Virus record (IMG/VR): IMGVR_UViG_3300010201_000017
DNA length: 20,229 nt
DNA from: a virus
Lineage: Duplodnaviria > Heunggongvirae > Uroviricota > Caudoviricetes
Reading direction: 5' to 3' (one strand)
Part shown: positions 7,894 through 15,921 of the stretch, one piece after another
Numbering within the stretch: position 1 is the first letter of the stretch
How the letters are laid out: each line of letters begins with the position of its first letter
The notes under the pieces: generated by a model
The model's database searches: none
Seen by the model: the letters and a program-made list of their open reading frames with translations, nothing else
Told to the model about the DNA's origin: nothing
Position numbers and translations under genes: made by a program

Positions 7894-9255
7894 TTACCGA
7901 TTAGATGCGAACCGAAGACTTGCGTCCTGTGATGGATCGTATCCTTTAACGCCCCACCGCCGATCGAGCGATATGGACCCAGCTCCAACGATGTCACCGG
8001 TCGCCTTGTCCTGCACTACCCAGACATTATTGTCCTGGCTAAACCGAATCTGTTCAGATTCCTTTTTGAACTCGATGATCTCGTTGAACCCTGGAGCTGT
8101 CGCTGGTCGGAAGCCGATGCGTGGACCAATCTTCTCATCGTCCAGATCAGGGACCTTGTGGGGTTTTGTATAATCCCGAAGCATCGCGGATGCAGTCTTA
8201 TCTCCACCTTTGCTCATTTCCTTTAGGATCGACTTAAAGCCATTCGAATTCGTTTCGAACGGCTTGAGCGTCACCGCGCCGAACATGAGATTGTTGCTCA
8301 GTGTTTTGAGACGCGCGAACTCTGGGATCGTTTGGGCGTGATACGTCACCCAATCTTCTGGAGCGACCCTCTGCACTCCACTCTCGACTGGAATGTAGTG
8401 CGCCTTCATGTTCCCGATCTCGTTGAGCGAGACCCTGAAATGTCGGCGATGCTCAATCTCCTCGTTTGAAAGGCCGAATTCTTCCGCGAGTTCATTGGCA
8501 AGCGACGCGATTTCCTTCATGCCCATCGACATGAATTTGGGACTGTTACGCAACCGATCCTCGACCGCGAGGATGTTCCACAGCGTCTTCGAAATGAAGT
8601 AGTCACCGCCGAATTCAGGAGACGACCATTCGTCAAGCTCGCGCCAAGTCGCAAGCATCGGCAGTATTTTCCGATTGTCTGAATGGCGGATCGTCATCAG
8701 AGCGGAAAACGTATCAGCCTTGTTCTCCGATCCACCCAGCAGACAATGGCCAAGCTCGTGCCAGAAGATCGATTTGTACAGATCCTCGCGACTCACTCCA
8801 GAAATATCCATCTCGCCATCTTCGTCGTGGAAGAATTCGCGGACACTTTGATTTGGACGCGGTCCTACAACAACGCAGATTGGTTTTGCTGATGAACCCA
8901 TCACACCAAATGTGACCGCCCCACGTTCATCAACTTCTTCGCGGAAGCCGTCAGCCTCACGAACAAGCGACTTGTCGATACGTTTCGCTTCTTTCTTGAA
9001 GTCCTTCTGAGACATGTCGAAGAATTCGATTCGGTCTTTAGAACCTGCGAATTCATTCTCCACCTGCTTCCGGACACCATCGAGTGCATTCCGATATGGC
9101 ACTTCACCAAGATCCGACGTATTGACCTTAATACGAGCGCCATTCAGAATCTTTGCGGCTCGCGCAGCGTAATTGGAGGCGGTGATTGGAGCCTCGATGA
9201 CAAAAGGCGTGTCGGCAAATTTCGTAATGACTTGCCAGTCAACCATGTCCATCAT
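7894..9255 (-). CDS. HExxH zincin-like protein, paralog A, 453 aa
   Basis: FWHELGHCLLGGSENKADTFSALM (HExxH plus E..AD.F). GGGAG RBS. Colinear full-length similarity to 9271-10665. No signal peptide or transmembrane segment. Confidence 0.8.
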   Translation of the reverse strand: MMDMVDWQVITKFADTPFVIEAPITASNYAARAAKILNGARIKVNTSDLGEVPYRNALDGVRKQVENEFAGSKDRIEFFDMSQKDFKKEAKRIDKSLVREADGFREEVDERGAVTFGVMGSSAKPICVVVGPRPNQSVREFFHDEDGEMDISGVSREDLYKSIFWHELGHCLLGGSENKADTFSALMTIRHSDNRKILPMLATWRELDEWSSPEFGGDYFISKTLWNILAVEDRLRNSPKFMSMGMKEIASLANELAEEFGLSNEEIEHRRHFRVSLNEIGNMKAHYIPVESGVQRVAPEDWVTYHAQTIPEFARLKTLSNNLMFGAVTLKPFETNSNGFKSILKEMSKGGDKTASAMLRDYTKPHKVPDLDDEKIGPRIGFRPATAPGFNEIIEFKKESEQIRFSQDNNVWVVQDKATGDIVGAGSISLDRRWGVKGYDPSQDASLRFASNR

Positions 9256-9270
9256 GACGCTACTCCCGCA

Positions 9271-10665
9271 CTATCTTCTCGGTGCCAACGCGGCGATCTC
9301 TGTGACCGTGGCGGGCTTGGAAGAGTTGGACTTAGTCTCGTTCGACGCTGACGCGCTTGGGAACTGCCACCGACTGTCGAATGACACCGAGCCGGTTTTC
9401 ACAAGATCGCCAGTCTGGGAGTTTCGTATCTCCCAAAGGTCGTTGTCGAAGCTAAACGAAATGCGCTCTCGCGCTGGATCGAACTTGATATCACCGACGC
9501 CAATTGGCTCGATCTGGCGCATGCCGACGCGCTCCGCGAGAGACGCGGAGGATGCCATCTGCGGATACTCTGTCCCTTGGTAGAATGCTTGATAGGCGAT
9601 CGCCGTCGGGTCGCCAGCCTTGGCCAGTCTAACGATCGCATCCGTGAACTTATCGATGTCCACCGACTCGTAGACAGGCAACGGCGCGCCCTGTTTCAGA
9701 TTCGCAACGACAGACAACAGGCGCTTGAACTCAGGAATCTCCCGCGCTCTGGCTTCGATCCACTGTTCGACGTTAACCGCTCGCAGACCGTCAGAGACCT
9801 GCACGTAATGCGCCCGCATACCGACGATTCCGTTCAAGGCCTGCCTGAACTGTCGGATGTGCGCCTTTTGGTCCTTTCCGGGGCTGTAATCAGTCACAAT
9901 CTCTGATGCCAGAGAGGCGACTTCCTTCAGGCTCATTTCCTTGAACTTGGTACTGTTGCGGAGCTTGTCCTCGATCTTTGTGAGGCTCCAAAGCATTGGA
10001 GAGACAACCCGGTCGTCCGCCTTCAACGGATTCGTCATCTCCTCGAATTCATTGAAGGCGGCGAGCAAAGGAATGACCTTGCTGTTTTTACCGCTTCTGA
10101 TTTCCATCAAAGCAGCAAAAATATCAGCTTTGTTGTCGGAGTTTCCGAGCAGGCAGTGGCCGAGTTCATGCCACATGGCGATGCGCTGCGTCGTCTCATC
10201 ATCGACGCCAGCGGCGTTGATCCCGATGCCAGACCCTCGAGCAAAGAAATCCTTTGCAGTCATCGAAGGCTGAGGGCCAACGACCACACATAGTGGCTGA
10301 CCAAACGTATCCTTCGTGTCGATGGAGTAGGGGCCTTCTATTTGTGCACGTTCAACCATCGCTGAAGCTGATTTGGCGAGGGTCATATCAATCCTGAGAG
10401 CCTCTTTCACAGGCTGCTTCTCGGACATGTCGAAGAATTCAACACGCTTTTCATTATTGAGAAACGTCGATTGGACTGCCTTCCGAACAGCATTCAGCGC
10501 CTTGCGATAAGGGACGTTTCCAATATCGTCGGTATTGATCTTCAGACGATTTCCAGCGAGCATTGCGCTCGCTCGCGCGAGGTATTCAGCGGCTGACGCA
10601 GACGACTCCACGACGAAGGAAACATCCGTAAAATCGTGAATAGTTTTCAGGTCTGCGCCATCCAT
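9271..10665 (-). CDS. HExxH zincin-like protein, paralog B, 464 aa
   Basis: MWHELGHCLLGNSDNKADIFAALM. Shares N-terminal (VPYR.AL..VRK.V), central (EFFDMS, P.CVVVGP.P, ED.LRNS.KF, IPEF.RL) and C-terminal (I.FS.DN..W....TGD.V..GS.S.D.RW) blocks with paralog A. Confidence 0.8.
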   Translation of the reverse strand: MDGADLKTIHDFTDVSFVVESSASAAEYLARASAMLAGNRLKINTDDIGNVPYRKALNAVRKAVQSTFLNNEKRVEFFDMSEKQPVKEALRIDMTLAKSASAMVERAQIEGPYSIDTKDTFGQPLCVVVGPQPSMTAKDFFARGSGIGINAAGVDDETTQRIAMWHELGHCLLGNSDNKADIFAALMEIRSGKNSKVIPLLAAFNEFEEMTNPLKADDRVVSPMLWSLTKIEDKLRNSTKFKEMSLKEVASLASEIVTDYSPGKDQKAHIRQFRQALNGIVGMRAHYVQVSDGLRAVNVEQWIEARAREIPEFKRLLSVVANLKQGAPLPVYESVDIDKFTDAIVRLAKAGDPTAIAYQAFYQGTEYPQMASSASLAERVGMRQIEPIGVGDIKFDPARERISFSFDNDLWEIRNSQTGDLVKTGSVSFDSRWQFPSASASNETKSNSSKPATVTEIAALAPRR

Positions 10666-10666
10666 T

Positions 10667-10942
10667 TCACACCCTCACTGCTGTAACCTCTGAAGCCCGG
10701 GTCGGCTTGCCGACTGGGGTCATCTCGCAAATCGAAATCTTGCTACGCTTTCGAGCCTGGGCGGCGATGCGGCTGCTGTAAGTCTCCGCAGACAACGTCT
10801 TGCCGCCGGCCAAAATCGTCACACAATGACCCGAGACGTTAAACGCTTCCGGCCGCTCCTCGAGCGGCGGAACGATCAGCATCACCTCACCACGCTCGTT
10901 GACTGCGCCGACACCGGTGATCCGCTCGTTGTTTGAATTCAT
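10667..10942 (-). CDS. Small hypothetical protein, 91 aa, first gene of the HExxH operon
   Basis: GGAG 7 nt before ATG 10942. Its stop is separated from the next ATG by one base (TGA-A-ATG). Confidence 0.65.
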   Translation of the reverse strand: MNSNNERITGVGAVNERGEVMLIVPPLEERPEAFNVSGHCVTILAGGKTLSAETYSSRIAAQARKRSKISICEMTPVGKPTRASEVTAVRV

Positions 10943-11075
10943 GGTCCAGCTCCATTGATGTCTATGAGGTTGATCGTACGCCGCGCATCCGACAAGCGAT
11001 ACGGACGAATTCATGCGGGCGGGAAGGCTAAGGCGACACGACGGTGCCCTTTGAAGGATTCAACATAGCTCTTGT

Positions 11076-11109
11076 AATTGTTGACAAGATGTGCGATACG
11101 GGCTGCTGT
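11076..11109 (+). promoter_or_regulatory. AATTG-TTGACA motif (copy 2) upstream of a small-gene run
   Basis: TAATTG TTGACA at 11075-11086, 43 nt before ATG 11130. The -10 element is poor (TGCTGT at spacing 17). Confidence 0.5.
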
Positions 11110-11129
11110 AACGCGATTGGAGCCCTCAG

Positions 11130-11690
11130 ATGGATTTTCGGTTTGAGACGGACGAGGATGTCGAGGCGGCAGTCAAAGCGGCTTCTTCGGAAGCGTGCCA
11201 AGTTCTCGACGCCCTGTTTGCTGGCTTCGACAAGGACGGGATTACCAGCAATTTCCAGGGGCATTTGAAGAATGTCCTGACGGAGATGCTGAAGGGACAC
11301 GCTCCTGCGATCCATGGGCAGCGTCCGCCGCATCTGCCGAAACTCGTCGTGGACGAGACTTTCTTCGGCAATCCGCTGCAGGGCGGCGATGGCTTCCTCG
11401 TCACGAAGTTCTCCGATCCCATTTGGGAAAAGGACCAAGCAACAGGACGTTTTATTCCGCAGCGGCATCTCCTTGCGCTCGATCTGGATACGCAATCGTT
11501 CCGGCCGATCTCGCAAGTCAGCGACGCGTGGACGTCCTTCGAGCTGGCGGCTTCTTCGGCTATCGAATATCTCAAGAAGCAGGGATTTTCGATGGAGCAG
11601 GCTCTGGCCGAGGGCCTTTCCGTCCGGGCCGTCACTCCGAATGTCGAAGGTGGCTATTCGGTCGACGCCGGCATCAAAATCGCAGGCTGA
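11130..11690 (+). CDS. Hypothetical protein, 186 aa
   Basis: GGAG before ATG, protein-like composition, and first of a co-directional run with short gaps. Confidence 0.75.
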   Translation: MDFRFETDEDVEAAVKAASSEACQVLDALFAGFDKDGITSNFQGHLKNVLTEMLKGHAPAIHGQRPPHLPKLVVDETFFGNPLQGGDGFLVTKFSDPIWEKDQATGRFIPQRHLLALDLDTQSFRPISQVSDAWTSFELAASSAIEYLKKQGFSMEQALAEGLSVRAVTPNVEGGYSVDAGIKIAG

Positions 11691-11707
11691 CGAGAAGGGG
11701 GCATTGA

Positions 11708-11929
11708 ATGTACTACGTCTATCGTCGCACTGGCCGGGGCGCATCCCTCTCTTGGCAATATCACTCCGAGCACATACAGCGCGAGGACGCTGAGGAAGCC
11801 GCGATTGGGCTGGTCCCGAAGGGAAGCGAACTCGCAACGGAACCCAGCTCCGAACTGGATCGAGCCTATTTCGGAGCGGCCCACCAAAGCACTTGGTCGT
11901 CTTGGATCACCTGCAAGAAGGTCGCATAA
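11708..11929 (+). CDS. Small hypothetical protein, 73 aa
   Basis: GAAGGGGG RBS, starts 17 nt after the previous stop. Confidence 0.65.
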   Translation: MYYVYRRTGRGASLSWQYHSEHIQREDAEEAAIGLVPKGSELATEPSSELDRAYFGAAHQSTWSSWITCKKVA

Positions 11930-11956
11930 TCCGACGACGTAAGAGAGAACACGACG

Positions 11957-12157
11957 ATGATTGAACGGGTCTGGAAGCACTATTTCGTGGGATCGCTTAG
12001 CCAAATGATGATTTCGGCTGGCTATCAAAGCTTGGACGAAGCGATCAAGATTTCCTACGAACACGCAGACACCCAATTCCTCGAATGCGGCAGTGACGCC
12101 GATCCGCATCGCGCGGCCCGCGCCACATTCGAAGCACTCGCAGAATTTGTTCAATAG
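11957..12157 (+). CDS. Small hypothetical protein, 66 aa
   Basis: Purine-rich AAGAGAG upstream and fits the run. Confidence 0.6.
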   Translation: MIERVWKHYFVGSLSQMMISAGYQSLDEAIKISYEHADTQFLECGSDADPHRAARATFEALAEFVQ

Positions 12158-12173
12158 TTCGAGGAACATCAAA

Positions 12174-12371
12174 ATGTGCAGCGAACTTTATCAGTGCGTG
12201 TGCGACGGCGAGTTGTCCCATCAACAGCGCCTAGAAGCTGAACTCTACGCACTCGAAGCGATGGCCCGCTTCTCAGAAAATCCGATCCTTTCCAACATCC
12301 GTGATCGGCGCTACGAAGCGCTCAAGGACGAGCTGGCTCGGATTACTGCTTCCAAGGACCCCGTCCATTGA
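12174..12371 (+). CDS. Small helical hypothetical protein, 65 aa
   Basis: GAGG RBS before ATG 12174 (re-called from 12093). Confidence 0.6.
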   Translation: MCSELYQCVCDGELSHQQRLEAELYALEAMARFSENPILSNIRDRRYEALKDELARITASKDPVH

Positions 12372-12562
12372 TCGCCTCCAGTAACTCTCTTCACGACGAC
12401 GCCCTCGATGTCCCATCATCGCTGGAAGATCGTGCTTGCGTCCACCGCATCACTGTGACGCCTCGCTGGGGAGCACCGCACGGGGCGGGGTTTGCCTGTG
12501 GTCTCTCTGGAGGCCATTGCTTCATGAAGCCAAATTGCGGATTCCAGACATCCACCGCGTGA
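12368..12562 (+). CDS. Possible small Cys-containing protein, 64 aa
   Basis: TTG start overlaps the previous stop (TTGA). C..R...CGLSGGHC...C. Support is weak. Confidence 0.35.
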   Translation: MIASSNSLHDDALDVPSSLEDRACVHRITVTPRWGAPHGAGFACGLSGGHCFMKPNCGFQTSTA

Positions 12563-12669
12563 TCAGCGCCGCCCCCTCTGAGCAGTCAGGCGTGAATTAC
12601 GGCAGCGCCCGGTGACGTCTAGCTATATCGAGACATCACTTCTACAGTCCGCATCGGCATGCGATCTCA

Positions 12670-13101
12670 CTAAAGCGCATAGGTTTCTTCAAAGGAGGCG
12701 ACATCCATCGCTTCGTCGATCTTCTGGATAAACACGTCATCAGCCCCGATGACGATATTCTCGCGCTTCGTCCAAACGTATCCCGAACCGATTTCATAGA
12801 CCGAAGGCGGAATGTCGATTTCGTAGACGCCATCGTCGGGGATCAGCGCCACGACGAACACGTGGTTTTCGCCCACCGACGAATGAATCGTCAGCGCGTC
12901 ATCAATTCCGTTTTCCGACAAGGCCTGAATCATAGCCGCGGCAACGTCCTGGCAGATACCTCCGGCACCAAGAACGTCGTCCATCCCATCGATTTGCTGC
13001 CATCCAGAGTAGATCGACATGGCAGCCTCGGCCAATTTCGGCCGTAGAGCATCGAGAGCCTCTGGAATTTTGCCGGGCGGCAGCGGAAACCGAGACGTCA
13101 T
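12670..13101 (-). CDS. Minimal transglutaminase-like / papain-fold protein with Cys-His-Asp pattern, 143 aa
   Basis: GGICQDVAAAMIQALSENGI...NHVFVVA...DGVYEID has the order and spacing of the transglutaminase-like triad. Start re-called to ATG 13101 (GGGGA RBS); the ORF-track extension overlaps the membrane-protein gene. Confidence 0.6.
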   Translation of the reverse strand: MTSRFPLPPGKIPEALDALRPKLAEAAMSIYSGWQQIDGMDDVLGAGGICQDVAAAMIQALSENGIDDALTIHSSVGENHVFVVALIPDDGVYEIDIPPSVYEIGSGYVWTKRENIVIGADDVFIQKIDEAMDVASFEETYAL

Positions 13102-13118
13102 CGAGAATCCCCAATCAA

Positions 13119-13640
13119 TCAGGCAAGTCCAACGATATTGACGATCGCGTGGAGCATATACAAGACCACCGCAGCAAGAGCCGCAGCGATCACGCCCCGA
13201 GTGAGAAGCCTGATGGGCGACCGCCGAATGCTTTGGCCTGGAGTCGGGATCATCATGCAATAGCCAATGATCCCGACGAAAGGAAGGATGCCAATCCAGA
13301 CATCCAGCTCTCGCATCCGGAAGTCGGCGATGACCTCGTTCAAAGCGACGGATCCGCCAAGGAGAACGCCGAACACGGCGACTCCTAGGGCCGCCGTTAC
13401 GATCGACCGCCCGATCGCAACGATCAAAATGGCAGGCTTTTCTCCCCACGGCTTCGACGCAATGGTCAGCATTGCTGCGGCTCCTAAAAGGGTCACGAAC
13501 AAGGTGATAGCAAACACGATCACCATGAACGTCGCCGACCCAGAAGCAGCTCCAGCCGCGATCGCAAAGGTGAGGGCGAGAATGGCCTTCACCAATGTGT
13601 CCTGAAATCCAGACGTCCCAGATGGGGTTGTATAACTCAT
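13119..13640 (-). CDS. Integral membrane protein with about 5 transmembrane segments, 173 aa
   Basis: Several long hydrophobic stretches, AAGG RBS, and ends 17 nt before the next gene. Confidence 0.75.
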   Translation of the reverse strand: MSYTTPSGTSGFQDTLVKAILALTFAIAAGAASGSATFMVIVFAITLFVTLLGAAAMLTIASKPWGEKPAILIVAIGRSIVTAALGVAVFGVLLGGSVALNEVIADFRMRELDVWIGILPFVGIIGYCMMIPTPGQSIRRSPIRLLTRGVIAAALAAVVLYMLHAIVNIVGLA

Positions 13641-13731
13641 CCTTTAATCCCTTTCGGGAAAAATGCTATGACGTCAACAATACGACCGTCAAACGGGTGG
13701 ACCGCAAATTTTCCTGTCAACACCATTCGCT

Positions 13732-13764
13732 CGTCATCATGGATAAAATGGATTCATGATGACG
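13732..13764. repeat. Perfect 10-bp inverted repeat (CGTCATCATG N13 CATGATGACG)
   Basis: Read directly from the sequence. It lies between the stop at 13816 and the start at 13640, so it could be a terminator-like hairpin or an operator. No U-tract. Confidence 0.6.
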
Positions 13765-13815
13765 GCTAAGCTAATACTGGATCGCTCAAAAGTGACGACT
13801 TAGACGGCAACCCAT

Positions 13816-14307
13816 TTACATCCCAGGCACCGGCGCGTCGTCCCAGATCGTATTGATCAACGCATCTGCCGTGTTCACAACAATGCGTTCACCTCCGATT
13901 TCTATCTCGGCTCGGTCAGGCCAGGCCATTTTGATTGGGCCGCTATAAGACCTTCCGTCGGGCCAAGCGATGTAAAACGTTGCATAGTCACGGGCAAACT
14001 TACCTTCACTCTCCTCGTTGACGGCCGTTTCGATCGGAGTCAACTCTCTCGGAGTTGCAACATGGTTTAAGCGGGGTCCAAACGCTACAATCGGACCCTG
14101 CAAATAACTGATATCAATTTCCGCGTCAGCCGTGTCGATGACGAAATTGGTATCTCGCAACCCAGTAACCGAAACCCAATCAGGCCCGACTTCGGCGACG
14201 GGCGCACAGAGATATGATCCATCTGAGAAATAGAGTATCACATGATACTTGCAGCCGGTATCTCCAGCCTCACCGCACGCATGTTCAATGTTCGTGAATT
14301 GATTCAT
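13816..14307 (-). CDS. Hypothetical protein built of two tandem beta-rich repeats, 163 aa
   Basis: GGGGAG RBS. Unit 1 LYFSDGSYLCAPVAEVGPDWVSV...FVIDTADAEID aligns with unit 2 IAWPDGRSYSGPIKMAWPDRAEI...IVVNTADALIN. Confidence 0.75.
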   Translation of the reverse strand: MNQFTNIEHACGEAGDTGCKYHVILYFSDGSYLCAPVAEVGPDWVSVTGLRDTNFVIDTADAEIDISYLQGPIVAFGPRLNHVATPRELTPIETAVNEESEGKFARDYATFYIAWPDGRSYSGPIKMAWPDRAEIEIGGERIVVNTADALINTIWDDAPVPGM

Positions 14308-14357
14308 TCTGTACTCCCACCACTTTATTCACCGACAATTCTCAAAGACCCATCTCT

Positions 14358-15038
14358 TCAGACTAAGTAGACTGCGTCACGGGGCTGTTGAGAGCCATCT
14401 TTCGTCATTTCTGGGGTCACTTTTCGACCCTTCGAGAACCACCCTGCTACTACGGCTTCGATGTTCCCGTCCTTGAATTCGAACCTCTCGAGAGCCGGCA
14501 TCGTTCGGTCACCAGCGTCGAGCTTGTCGCCGACGAAGCGGCGCACGGTCACCCCTTTGTCATCGATGCTCATTTCGTCGAGCTGACGATCTTCGGCAGC
14601 AAGCTGTTTCTTGAAGTCTTTGTAAGCAACGTCATCCATCACGACCGGAACGTCGTCCGTTGCTTGCTTCACAAGCCAAATCTTGCCTTTCCGAACGGAT
14701 GTAACGTCGTCGGACATTGCTGCGATCTTGGCGACAATCTCTCTCGTCTCCGGAGATTCGAAAAGCTTGGCAGTCCTGGTCTCCAGATCCCACCGCTCCA
14801 CTCCGGCCTTGGCTCCGATCAGGCACCCCACAAGAACTCCGGCGGTGAACATGAGAGAGTTTCCAGGAACCACAAGCTTCCACGCCTGGGAGAGACCGAC
14901 CGCAAGGACGCCGGTCGTCGGGAGCCGATCAGAGACCTCGTGGATGATCGACGCCATTACCCCGGACCACCGGGAGGACGCTGCAGAATCGTTCTCATCC
15001 AAGTGAAATGGGGATTTTGCAGGTCTGGTGTCGGTCAT
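14358..15038 (-). CDS. Membrane-anchored hypothetical protein, 226 aa
   Basis: One hydrophobic segment (SLMFTAGVLVGCLIGA). The C-terminal FVGDKLDAGDRTMPALE...G....GWFSKGRK resembles one unit of the phage-type Y.NGKLHR.DGPA.E...G...WY.NG repeat. Confidence 0.7.
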   Translation of the reverse strand: MTDTRPAKSPFHLDENDSAASSRWSGVMASIIHEVSDRLPTTGVLAVGLSQAWKLVVPGNSLMFTAGVLVGCLIGAKAGVERWDLETRTAKLFESPETREIVAKIAAMSDDVTSVRKGKIWLVKQATDDVPVVMDDVAYKDFKKQLAAEDRQLDEMSIDDKGVTVRRFVGDKLDAGDRTMPALERFEFKDGNIEAVVAGWFSKGRKVTPEMTKDGSQQPRDAVYLV

Positions 15039-15223
15039 TTCTTAATCCCGAAAGGTTTGACAGTTTACGTATAGTGTCACCAAACAAGGAAAGAACCCAG
15101 ACTTCGAAGGATTCCCGGCAACGAATCCTTGCGCCCACCCTCGATTATGGTCTAATCAGAGAGGCGAATATCGCACTCTTCGTTCAAATTGGGTCCAAAT
15201 CGGCGGGTTTCTCAGGATTCGGC

Positions 15224-15895
15224 ATGTTTTGCATCTCCACAAAGATCACTCAGGATACGATTCGCCTGACGGGTTACTCGTGCAGCCGTCCTGAAACGAA
15301 ACGGACGATCCGGGGCGACGTCCTCGCTTGGCAATACTACCGCCGCGGCCTGGCGTCCGACACTGCTGCTCATGTCAGCGTCGAATTCAACAAGAAATGC
15401 CTCTGCGGAGTCGTCCGAATCGCCGCTTTCGATCCAATCGCACACGAGCTCTATCTGGAATCGTCAAAGACGATATACGGCACCCTAGATGATCTAGTCT
15501 GCTGCGCCGCAGATGCCCTCGACGAACTCAAGGAAATGCAGGTCTACGATCATGAGCGCAATTTGGCTGCCGCTCTGCTCTACGACAATGGTTTCCTCCC
15601 GGGAGACGAAGGGGGGACCAACGACGGCGGGCGATATTGGGTAAGAGACGACCGCTTCTTTGTGGATTGCTGGCACATCATTCGCCCCGCTTCAAAGGCC
15701 CGCTTGATCGAAAACCCAGACGACGATTGTGAAGTCAACTTCGGCGCGATCCAGATCGGCGGCTGGACGGCCGTCCGGTGTCCGAACCTTCGCATGGCGA
15801 TCGGAATGCTCGACAGCGGCATGATTCCACGCCCAAAGAAAAAGGGATTTGCGAAAATCTCGTTCGACACAATCTTAAGCGCCGCAAACGCGTAG
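15224..15895 (+). CDS. Hypothetical protein, 223 aa
   Basis: AGGA RBS before ATG 15224 (re-called from 15008). Ends 26 nt before cysS and is probably co-transcribed with it. Confidence 0.7.
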   Translation: MFCISTKITQDTIRLTGYSCSRPETKRTIRGDVLAWQYYRRGLASDTAAHVSVEFNKKCLCGVVRIAAFDPIAHELYLESSKTIYGTLDDLVCCAADALDELKEMQVYDHERNLAAALLYDNGFLPGDEGGTNDGGRYWVRDDRFFVDCWHIIRPASKARLIENPDDDCEVNFGAIQIGGWTAVRCPNLRMAIGMLDSGMIPRPKKKGFAKISFDTILSAANA

Positions 15896-15921
15896 ACGAG
15901 AAACGTTCTTTTGGGAATTCG

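Noticed and set aside
11028-12172. Long overlapping ORFs (269, 169, 170, 159 and 172 aa)
   Set aside because: They overlap the better supported plus-strand run that has RBSs and a promoter.
12612-12639. 9-bp hairpin GTGACGTCT/AGACATCAC between convergent runs
   Set aside because: Needs a G-U pair and has no U-tract, so it is too weak to call as a terminator.
13641-15055. Shared GGGATTAA just before the ATGs at 13640 and 15038
   Set aside because: Similar GG(G)ATT strings precede several other starts, so it is most simply an RBS variant.
14388-15074. 228-aa plus-strand ORF
   Set aside because: Antisense shadow of 14358-15038.
15107-15180. T-box riboswitch upstream of cysS
   Set aside because: No T-box consensus or specifier stem is visible, another gene intervenes, and T-boxes are not typical of Alphaproteobacteria.
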